Notes under the pieces: generated by a model
Told to the model about the DNA's origin: nothing
What the model saw: the letters and a program-made list of their open reading frames with translations, nothing else
Databases searched by the model: none
Made by a program: the position numbers and the translations under genes
Shown here: piece after piece, positions 28,668 to 36,700 of the stretch
Numbering within the stretch: position 1 is the stretch's first letter
Layout: each line of letters starts with the position of its first letter
IMG/VR virus record: IMGVR_UViG_3300037549_000096
Reading direction: 5' to 3' (one strand)
DNA: 64,000 nucleotides
Source: a virus

Positions 28668-29423
28668 ATGACTTTATCGGCTGAAGAAATCATCAAGGAA
28701 GCTGAGTTAGCTATTCAAGTTGAAGCTGGTAAAGCTTTAGAAAAGAAAGCCGGTGAAACAGTAATTGAAATTTTAGAACAACGTAAAAAAGATGGACTTG
28801 ATAAAGTAGCGGAAAATACTACTGTATCATTTGAAGGTACTGTAAGTGTTGAAGGTTTTAGTAAAGAAGCCGATGAAAAACCTAGTGATGTTGTAAGTAT
28901 TAAAAGTTTTGATAAAGTAGCTTTAGATTTAACCGCTTTAAAAACTCCTTTAATGGCGTTAGGTAAAGGTATTTTAGCTAATCAAGGTGTTCGTAATATA
29001 GCAGTTGGTAGTGCGATTGGTGCTGCTGGTGGTGCGTTAGCTAATAAGAACGATAGAATGGGTGGTGCTATTAAAGGTGGTTTATTAGGCGGTATTGGTG
29101 GTGCTGCTGTTAGTGCTGGAACTAGACCTTTAGCTAAATCAATTCCTGGTGCTTTAGGTAATGCTAAAATAGTAGCACCTACACCGATTAGACAGTTTAG
29201 TAATACAATGGGTTTAACTAATCCTGCTACATTTAAACAAACAGATCGTATTGCTAAAACTATAATTCCTAATAAAGCTGAACCTATTACTCATAGTGGC
29301 CCTACTATCGGTCAAGGACTTCAAGATAGTCTTAAAAATTTTAAAACTAGACTATTCGGACCCAAACCTTCTGGTCAAGTTTTTAACCCTAATTTTGCTA
29401 GTGAAGCTATGAGTGGTAAATGA
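28668..29423 (+). CDS. Glycine-zipper protein with acidic K-x-A-rich N-terminal segment
   Basis: IIKEA, EKKA, DKVA, SKEA, DKVA, then GSAIGAAGGALA..GGAIKGGLLGGIGG. Confidence 0.7.
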   Translation: MTLSAEEIIKEAELAIQVEAGKALEKKAGETVIEILEQRKKDGLDKVAENTTVSFEGTVSVEGFSKEADEKPSDVVSIKSFDKVALDLTALKTPLMALGKGILANQGVRNIAVGSAIGAAGGALANKNDRMGGAIKGGLLGGIGGAAVSAGTRPLAKSIPGALGNAKIVAPTPIRQFSNTMGLTNPATFKQTDRIAKTIIPNKAEPITHSGPTIGQGLQDSLKNFKTRLFGPKPSGQVFNPNFASEAMSGK

Positions 29424-29764
29424 TTATTAAACTCGCCACTTTTACCGCAGAAGAAGAAACCCAGCTTCGTAAGAAGTTGGCAGATCCTTCTCAAATAAAA
29501 TCTAAACAAGTTCTACTTAATTACGCTCATCCCGCTACTATTTTAGGTGGTGCTACAGGTGGTTTTATTGGTTCTGAAGTAGGTGATAAGGTATTTGGTG
29601 GTAAGCATATGACTGAAATGTTACATACTCCATTAGGTAAGACTGGACCTGGAATTACTTCTAGATTTGCGAAGAATCTCTTTCGTGGTGGTTTAGGCGC
29701 TGTAGGTGCTGGTATTGGCGCTTATGGAGTGCAAAAGTTTAGAGAACACAAGGAATCAAAATGA
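29420..29764 (+). CDS. MIIKLA-tagged glycine-zipper protein
   Basis: Tag; ILGGATGGFIG; GGLGAVGAGIGAYG. Confidence 0.8.
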   Translation: MIIKLATFTAEEETQLRKKLADPSQIKSKQVLLNYAHPATILGGATGGFIGSEVGDKVFGGKHMTEMLHTPLGKTGPGITSRFAKNLFRGGLGAVGAGIGAYGVQKFREHKESK

Positions 29765-29985
29765 TTATTAAACTAGCTGAAATCTTCAATATCCCATTAA
29801 AACAACAAAATGAATCAGCTAAACCTAACTTTACTCCAATTCATTTAACTAATGAAGTAAAGAAATTCCATCCTGCTTCCACTACTTCTAACAACCCTTT
29901 AATTCAAAACGCCAAGAAAGAAGCTTGTTCTGGTGTTCCGAAAACTAAGTGGTGGAAGAAGATGGAAAAAGCACAATTGAACTAA
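29761..29985 (+). CDS. MIIKLA-tagged small protein
   Basis: Tag; ATGA coupling. Confidence 0.75.
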   Translation: MIIKLAEIFNIPLKQQNESAKPNFTPIHLTNEVKKFHPASTTSNNPLIQNAKKEACSGVPKTKWWKKMEKAQLN

Positions 29986-29994
29986 AGGGATAAT

Positions 29995-30300
29995 ATGATT
30001 ATTAAACTAGCCAGTCTTACTAAAGATGAAAAATTTCAGATTAGAAACACTTTATCAGAAGAAGAAAACAAAATGCCTAAAGCTCTTAAACGTGCGCTTT
30101 GGGGTGGTTTATTAACTACCCCTATTGGGGTTGTTCCCGGTGCTGTTGTAGGTGGTCTTTCTGGTCATTTTGCAGACAAGAAACGTAAGGCTCAATTTAA
30201 GGAATTACGTAGAGCTTTATCTAATAATGAAATGCATCCTGAAGCTTCTCATATTTTAAAATCATATAGTAAAGAATATAAAAAATCTTTAAAGAAATAA
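29995..30300 (+). CDS. MIIKLA-tagged glycine-zipper protein
   Basis: Tag; ALWGGLLTTPIGVVPGAVVGGLSG. Confidence 0.8.
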   Translation: MIIKLASLTKDEKFQIRNTLSEEENKMPKALKRALWGGLLTTPIGVVPGAVVGGLSGHFADKKRKAQFKELRRALSNNEMHPEASHILKSYSKEYKKSLKK

Positions 30301-30302
30301 TC

Positions 30303-31592
30303 ATGATCATTAAACTAGCTACATTCAAACAAGCTATTCGTCCTCTTATGAGAAATAAGGGAATAGTTGGTCTACATATTTTAAACGGTACAGTTATTGG
30401 TGCTTCTATTGGTAATAATAGTAATAAAGAAAAACATCTTTATGGTTTTAAACGTAATAAAAATGGTTCTTTTTATCGTAAACCTGAAACGAATACAGGA
30501 AAACGTATTTTAACAGGTGCGATTATTGGCGCATTTGGCGGATTGGGTACTGGAGCATTTACAGCTAAATCTATGGATGGTAGTACAAAAATGTATAGAG
30601 ATTATGCACGACAATTTAAACAACAATTTAAGAGTGGTTATCATACGCCTCCACCTAGAAAACCTAAAACAGCTACTACAGATGATATTAAATCATTCTT
30701 TAAAACTCACGCAAATATTACTCATACTAATATCAAAACTAAAAAAGAAGCAACTAATCATTATCGTAATGCAGCACGAATTCATCATCCAGACGCAGGT
30801 GGTAAAGTAGAAAACTTTCAGAAATTAGAAACTGATTGGAGTAAAGTTAAAACCTCACCTTGGTTTGAAAAGTTAGCTGCTATCATAAACAGAACACGAA
30901 ATAATTCAATAGAACATGATATAGCTCAAATACAATATGGTGGTTATTCTATCTCTGGCAATGGTAATATTAATGTTATGAATCCTAGAAGAAAATTTAA
31001 TAGATTAATGAGTCCTTTTCATAGTGTTTTTGATAATTCTCAAGCAGTTAAAGATGGTCATAAAATTGGTGTATTACACGAATTGTCAGAACGTAAATAT
31101 TTTAAACAACTAGAAAAAGATAAAAATATTAATCCTCGTTCATTCGTTGGCGCTCAAATTCAACGTAAGTTTATGGGAACACCTACAGGCGCTCATGTTA
31201 GTTTAGCTGTTTTAGGTGAAGAAAGTAATAACTTAAATAGAATTACTAGTGAAAAAGTAAAAGAACGTGTAAAGAAAATGCGTTACATGACTGGTGAAAA
31301 TGATTTACTTAAAAATATTACTGGAAAAACTTATGGTAAACATATTTTTACGCCTGAAGATTTAGAAAAATTACATAATACTTCTACAAAAGCTAAATCT
31401 CCGTTTAAAGTAGGATCTAAATCTTTAATTGGTGGTGTAGCAGGTGCAGTTTTAGCTCCAATGTTAGTTAAAAAGAAATATAAAGCCGAAGATGTTCAAG
31501 GTAAGAGAATTGGTGCTGCTATTTTAGGTGGTGTTGCAGGTGCTAGTGCCGAGAAATTCATTAGAACAAATATACTTAAGCTACATAAGTAG
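30303..31592 (+). CDS. MIIKLA-tagged multidomain protein (Gly zippers, J-domain-like HPD, internal EKLA)
   Basis: YRNAARIHHPDAGG..FQKL; WFEKLAA; VLHELSE; Gly zippers at both ends. Confidence 0.8.
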   Translation: MIIKLATFKQAIRPLMRNKGIVGLHILNGTVIGASIGNNSNKEKHLYGFKRNKNGSFYRKPETNTGKRILTGAIIGAFGGLGTGAFTAKSMDGSTKMYRDYARQFKQQFKSGYHTPPPRKPKTATTDDIKSFFKTHANITHTNIKTKKEATNHYRNAARIHHPDAGGKVENFQKLETDWSKVKTSPWFEKLAAIINRTRNNSIEHDIAQIQYGGYSISGNGNINVMNPRRKFNRLMSPFHSVFDNSQAVKDGHKIGVLHELSERKYFKQLEKDKNINPRSFVGAQIQRKFMGTPTGAHVSLAVLGEESNNLNRITSEKVKERVKKMRYMTGENDLLKNITGKTYGKHIFTPEDLEKLHNTSTKAKSPFKVGSKSLIGGVAGAVLAPMLVKKKYKAEDVQGKRIGAAILGGVAGASAEKFIRTNILKLHK

Positions 31593-31600
31593 GAGATATC

Positions 31601-31900
31601 ATGTTAGGCAAACTTGCCGCAGTAAAAATTACTAAAACTCAATACAATGAGTTAGATTTATCTTGGCGATTAAAAGAAAATAAAATCAAAGATGAATTAA
31701 AACCGTGTATTGCTAAACTTTTAGAATCACTTTCTAATAAGAAAGAGTTTTCTGTTAGCATTGGTAATGAAACGTTTAAAATTGATCCTAGTAAATTTTA
31801 TCTTTCTGATTTACGAATGGAAACTCGCAATAATTCTATGTTACGTCAAGACCATAATATAACTACAGGTGATTGCGCTAAAGCTGAAAGTTGTGGTTAA
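31601..31900 (+). CDS. MLGKLA-tagged protein
   Basis: AGGAG RBS; variant tag. Confidence 0.7.
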   Translation: MLGKLAAVKITKTQYNELDLSWRLKENKIKDELKPCIAKLLESLSNKKEFSVSIGNETFKIDPSKFYLSDLRMETRNNSMLRQDHNITTGDCAKAESCG

Positions 31901-31903
31901 TAT

Positions 31904-32092
31904 ATGATTATTAAATTAGCGCAAAATGTACATGAAAAAATTATGAAAGAATTTGGTTTTAATATTAAACCAAAACATTTTGAAGGTATGGGTGAATTAG
32001 ATACTGTAGAATATGCTATGTCTTTAGATAAAAGAAAATTGCAACATTCTATTAAAAATTTAAAGAATTATAAAAAAGAGTGTGGAATATGA
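31904..32092 (+). CDS. MIIKLA-tagged small protein
   Basis: Tag. Confidence 0.75.
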   Translation: MIIKLAQNVHEKIMKEFGFNIKPKHFEGMGELDTVEYAMSLDKRKLQHSIKNLKNYKKECGI

Positions 32093-32244
32093 TTATCAAA
32101 CTAGCTTCCATCACAATTCCTGATTCTCATTTAAAATCAGATCATAAAGAACTTGAGTCTATGAAAGCTAAAGCTAAAGGTATTTTAACTGATGTAATAG
32201 CTATGGAAAAAGATGATGCTAAAGCTAAAAAGGCGGGGAAGTAA
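32089..32244 (+). CDS. MIIKLA-tagged 51-aa protein (not in ORF track)
   Basis: MIIKLASITIPDSHLKSDHKELESMKAKAKGILTDVIAMEKDDAKAKKAGK*; coupled on both sides. Confidence 0.75.
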   Translation: MIIKLASITIPDSHLKSDHKELESMKAKAKGILTDVIAMEKDDAKAKKAGK

Positions 32245-32525
32245 TGATTATTAAACTAGCATTACTAAATGATTTAAGATCATTCTTAGGAACTACAGCC
32301 GGTAAGAGAACGGCTTTAGGTGCTGCTATTGGAGCTACTGCTGGAGCTATTCATCGTGATGATAATAGAACTCACGGCGCTAGTGTTGGAGCAGTATTAG
32401 GTGGATTAGGTGGATTAGCTGCACATGAAACTGGGTTAACTGATTTAGTTAAAAATAAAGTATTAGATGGTGTTAAGAACTTTAAAAAAGTGCCTGTTCC
32501 TAAAAAGAAATGGTATCAATCATGA
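32244..32525 (+). CDS. MIIKLA-tagged glycine-zipper protein
   Basis: Tag; ALGAAIGATAGA..GASVGAVLGGLGG. Confidence 0.8.
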   Translation: MIIKLALLNDLRSFLGTTAGKRTALGAAIGATAGAIHRDDNRTHGASVGAVLGGLGGLAAHETGLTDLVKNKVLDGVKNFKKVPVPKKKWYQS

Positions 32526-32713
32526 TTATTAAACTAGCTGCTATCGGTGCTGGGTTTGCTAGACTTGAACAATTAGGTTTAGCTGCAAAAGCTGTACAAA
32601 AGTATTCAGGATCTAGTTGGCTTAAAAATGCTCCTAAAGTATTACCAGAAATTAAAAAAGTAGTATCAGAAGTTCCAAAGGTTATTCCCACTAATCCGTG
32701 GAGTAAGAGGTAA
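32522..32713 (+). CDS. MIIKLA-tagged small basic protein
   Basis: Likely start ATG 32522 (ATGA overlap) gives MIIKLAAIG. Confidence 0.75.
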   Translation: MIIKLAAIGAGFARLEQLGLAAKAVQKYSGSSWLKNAPKVLPEIKKVVSEVPKVIPTNPWSKR

Positions 32714-32717
32714 ATTA

Positions 32718-33548
32718 ATGTCAAATACTGTTAATCATCCAGAATTATATGTTCATCTTTATCCTGAAGTAGTAAAATTATATACTGAAGAAAATTTAAC
32801 AGCTAAACAAATATCTGAAAAACTTAATATAGGAGCTACTACAGTTAATAGAATTTTAAAACGTAATAATATAGATATGAATAGAATTTATCATAATAAA
32901 TATTATTTTAATGAGAATGCTTTTGATTCTAATAATCCTGAAACAGCTTATTGGATAGGATTTTTATTAACAGATGGATGTGTTCATGAATATACTACTA
33001 AACATTGCTCACCTTGTATAACCTTACAATTAAAAGAAAGTGATAAATCTATTCTTGAAGAATATGCTAAATTTTTAGAATATCAAGGACTAATTACTCA
33101 AGATAAAATTAAACGATGGAAAATATCAATTAATTCTTATAAATTAGCAGAAGATTTAATTAAGTTTAATGTTACTCCAAGAAAAACCTTTTATGCTAAA
33201 GCGCCAGAAATTTTTGAAGATAATAATCTATTTTGGCGTGGTGTAATGGACGGTGATGGAAGTATGTGGTCAGGAGAAAAAGGAATTTTAAGAATAAATT
33301 TAACATCTGCTTCTTTAGATTTAATAGAACAGTTTCAAGAATATTGTAATAATATTTTAGATAATTCTTCTAACGTAAATATTACTTCTTTCTTTACTAA
33401 AGAAGAAAATGAAATGTATAGGGTTGTTTATACAGGAAATTTTGCTTTAAGAATTTTAGATATAATATATAAAGATAATGGACCTAAATTAGATAGAAAA
33501 TATAATAAATATATTAGTTATAAGGAAAATAACTATGCCTTGGTCTAA
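32718..33548 (+). CDS. Free-standing LAGLIDADG homing endonuclease with N-terminal HTH
   Basis: YWIGFLLTDGCV and FWRGVMDGDGSM; HTH AKQISEKLNIGATTVNRIL. Confidence 0.85.
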   Translation: MSNTVNHPELYVHLYPEVVKLYTEENLTAKQISEKLNIGATTVNRILKRNNIDMNRIYHNKYYFNENAFDSNNPETAYWIGFLLTDGCVHEYTTKHCSPCITLQLKESDKSILEEYAKFLEYQGLITQDKIKRWKISINSYKLAEDLIKFNVTPRKTFYAKAPEIFEDNNLFWRGVMDGDGSMWSGEKGILRINLTSASLDLIEQFQEYCNNILDNSSNVNITSFFTKEENEMYRVVYTGNFALRILDIIYKDNGPKLDRKYNKYISYKENNYALV

Positions 33549-33720
33549 AGAAAATCCTCCCGAAGCTGTTAAATTTTTTAAACCATCTATTCAAAAACAT
33601 GCAATTAGAATAGCTAATGCTATTTTGGAAAAAACTAATAATGAATCTTTAGCAATTGCTACTGGTATTAAAAAAGCAAAGGAATTACATATTAAATCAT
33701 TCAAAAAATCAACAAAATGA
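33535..33720 (+). CDS. DUF2188/YdaT (ChaB-like) small protein
   Basis: MPWS..PP.....AIRIANAIL....E..AIATG pattern. Confidence 0.6.
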   Translation: MPWSKENPPEAVKFFKPSIQKHAIRIANAILEKTNNESLAIATGIKKAKELHIKSFKKSTK

Positions 33721-33736
33721 TTTACAGATAATCATA

Positions 33737-33745
33737 TGGTATACT
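33737..33745 (+). promoter_or_regulatory. Extended -10 element upstream of RNAP
   Basis: TGGTATACT; no good -35. Confidence 0.45.
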
Positions 33746-33747
33746 GT

Positions 33748-33779
33748 AAGGGTCGCATAGCTGTGACCCTTTCTTGTTT
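33748..33779 (+). terminator. Stem-loop / terminator
   Basis: AAGGGTCGCA-TAGC-TGTGACCCTT (one G-U pair), then a T-rich run. Confidence 0.6.
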
Positions 33780-33790
33780 AGGATTAAACA

Positions 33791-36700
33791 ATGTTAGAAG
33801 CATCAGAAATTATTAACAACATGAAACAAGGTATCAAAGAATCAATTGATTCTTTAGGTAAGATAGAAGCTGGCGGTAAAACTCTTGAATTTCAAAATGT
33901 GCATTTTGAGGATCATGATCCTCGTATTTCTGTAGACTTTGAAAAGCATAAACAAGCTAAACTTCATAATAAAACTTTAGGTATTGGTGTTTACGCAGAT
34001 GCTCATGTAACTGAAAATGGTAATACTTCTGTTGAAAAAGTAAAAATTGGTAATATGCCAGTTCCTACTTCAACGGGTGATTTTATCGTTGATGGTAATT
34101 CGTATAATATTGATTATCAGTTTAGACTTAAACCCGGTGCATATCTAAGAAAAAAGCAGAATGGTGAAATTGAAACCCATATCAATCCGATAGGGTTTCC
34201 TAATGCTAGAGTTACGATTGACCCTAAAACTTTAGGTCTTAGTGTAGGTATAGGTCAGGCTAATATTAACGCATTAGCTTTCTTACATGCTTTAGACGTT
34301 ACTACTGCTGAACAAGAACACATCCTTGGATCTGATATTTATAAAGCAAATTTAAATAAGTTAAACTTAGATAAAGAATTATCTAAACTTGAACAATCAA
34401 TTTCAAAAGGTGAAAAATTAGATAAAGGTCAATTATCTAAACTTCTTAAAGAGAAACTTGATACTGCTAAACTTGATCCAAGAGTTACCGGGATTACACT
34501 AGGAAAGCCCTTCAAAGACTTAGGGGCTGGCACTATCAAAGCAATTATACAAAAGACAATAGCTGGTTCTAAGGGTTTGGTAGAACCTGACGAACGTGAT
34601 GCTATGGCTTTTAAAAATGTATTTGCAGTAGATGATTTTGTTAAAGAACGTTTAAGTGGTCGAAATAAATACCAATTAGCATGGCAGGTTAAATCAGCAC
34701 TTGTTAAAGATAAACCGATTAAAGAATCCCTTTCTTCAAAATTCTTAGACTCAATGATTCATCCTTTGTTTACTTCTTCAGCTATTTCTGAGTTTTCTTC
34801 TAGAACTAATCAACTTCAACAATTAGGTGCGTTCCGCAAAGTCACTTCTACAGGTGAAGGCGGAATTATGAACGAACAAGCTATTACTACCGATATGCAA
34901 GCTGTTCATCCTACTCAAGCTTATTTTGTAGATCCTTTAAATACGCCCGAATCACAAAAAGCTGGTATTGCTGTTCAATTTACTCATGACGTTGAAATTA
35001 AAGATCATGAAGCTCATGCTCCATTTATTAATACTAAAACAGGTAAACGAGAATTAAAATCATCTATTGACTTATTTAATGAACATGTTTTACTGCCTGG
35101 TGCCGCTTCTCCAGATGGAACGATAGCAGCTATTCATAAGGGTAAACAAATTCAGGTTAAGCCCGAACAGATCACCTATAAACCTATTCACATTCATCAA
35201 GCATTTTCAGAAGGTGCTTTGATTGCGCCTGCTTTAAATTATAATCAAGGTTCTCGCGCTTCTATGAGAACTAGACACGCTGCACAAGCCGTATCTTTAG
35301 TAGATCGTGAAGCTCCCTTAGTTCAATCACTTCATCCAAGTGGTAGTACTTATGAACAAGAAGTAGCTAAGAAGATGGCGTTAATTGCGCCTGAAGATTT
35401 AACTTTCGTAGAAAAGAAAAATGATCGATTATTCTTTAAAACAAAAGATAATAAATTAGTAGATTCAGCTTTCTGGAATCATGATGTTGGAACGAATAAA
35501 TCTTTTATTAATCACGAAACTGATCATTTAACTCCTGGGATGAAGTTCACTCAAGGACAAATTATTGCTGATAGTAATTTTACGAAGAATGGAACTTTGG
35601 CATTAGGTAAGAATTTAAAAACTGCCTATATGCCCTGGCATGGTTTGAATTTTGAAGATGGTATTATTGTATCTGAATCAGGTGCTAAAAAGTTAACTTC
35701 TCAACATATGGCTCAACATGATTTTGACGTTCATAATGGCGTTACGAGAATGTCAAAAGCCGCTTATTTAGCTATGTTCCCTGGTAAATATACCAAAGAA
35801 CAATTAGATAAATTAGATGAAAATGGCGTAGCAAAACAAGGTATTGTTTTACAACCCGGCGATCCCATGCATTTAAAGATAGATAAACATCAAGGAACTA
35901 AAGAAGATGCTATCTTGGGTAGATTACATAAATCTTTAGTAAGTCCTTATAGGGATCATTCAGAAGTTTGGACTCATGTAACTCCTGGTACAGTAGTTGA
36001 CTCTGTATTAGATAAAACATTCGGTAAAATTAATGTTAAATATGAAGCCCCTGCACAAGTTGGTGATAAATTAGCTAATCGACACGGTGCTAAAGGTGTG
36101 ATATCTGCCATTATTCCTGATATTGAAATGCCTCAAAACAAAAAGAATGAAGTAACTGATGTTATTATTTCTCCTATGTCAGTTATTAGTCGTATGTCGA
36201 TGGGTCAGATTTTAGAAACTGCTGCTAGTAAGATTGCTAAAAAAACAGGTGAAACTTATAAGATTGGATCTTTTGATAATAAGGATCATGTTAGTCGGAT
36301 TCAACATGATTTAGCTAAACATAAACTATCTGATACTGAAGAACTTTTTGATAAACAAACAGGTCATTCATATGGAAAGATTTTAACTGGTTATCCTATT
36401 ATGCAAAAGTTGTTCAAATTGTCTCACGGCAATTTATCAGCTAGAGAATTAGGCGCATATGATTCAGATCATCAACCTATGCGGGGTGGTGATACTGGAT
36501 CTAAAGCTATTGATCAATTAACTCTTTACGGATTACTAGCTCATGGTCATCGTAATATCTTAAATGAAATTTCTACAGTTAAGGGTGATTATAATCCTGA
36601 TTTTTGGCAACGATTACAAATGGGATTACCATTACCTAAACCACAAACTCCGTTTGTTTATAAAAAATTTGAAGGTTTATTAGCTGCGTCTGGTGTTAAC

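Noticed and set aside
22324-32713. MIIKLA starts as a CRISPR array, integron cassettes or a pure DNA repeat
   Set aside because: Spacing is irregular (about 150 bp to several kb), variation is mainly synonymous, and I see no palindromic attC-like sites, cas genes or integrase
22324-32713. MIIKLA as a Sec, lipoprotein or prepilin signal peptide
   Set aside because: Most members have no hydrophobic h-region after the tag (e.g. MIIKLAESTLEK, MIIKLASLTKDEK) and no lipobox or G/F..E prepilin motif
33791-33850. RNAP as a tagged virion-packaged polymerase
   Set aside because: Its N-terminus (MLEASEIIN) lacks the K-x-A tag, so packaging cannot be argued from sequence
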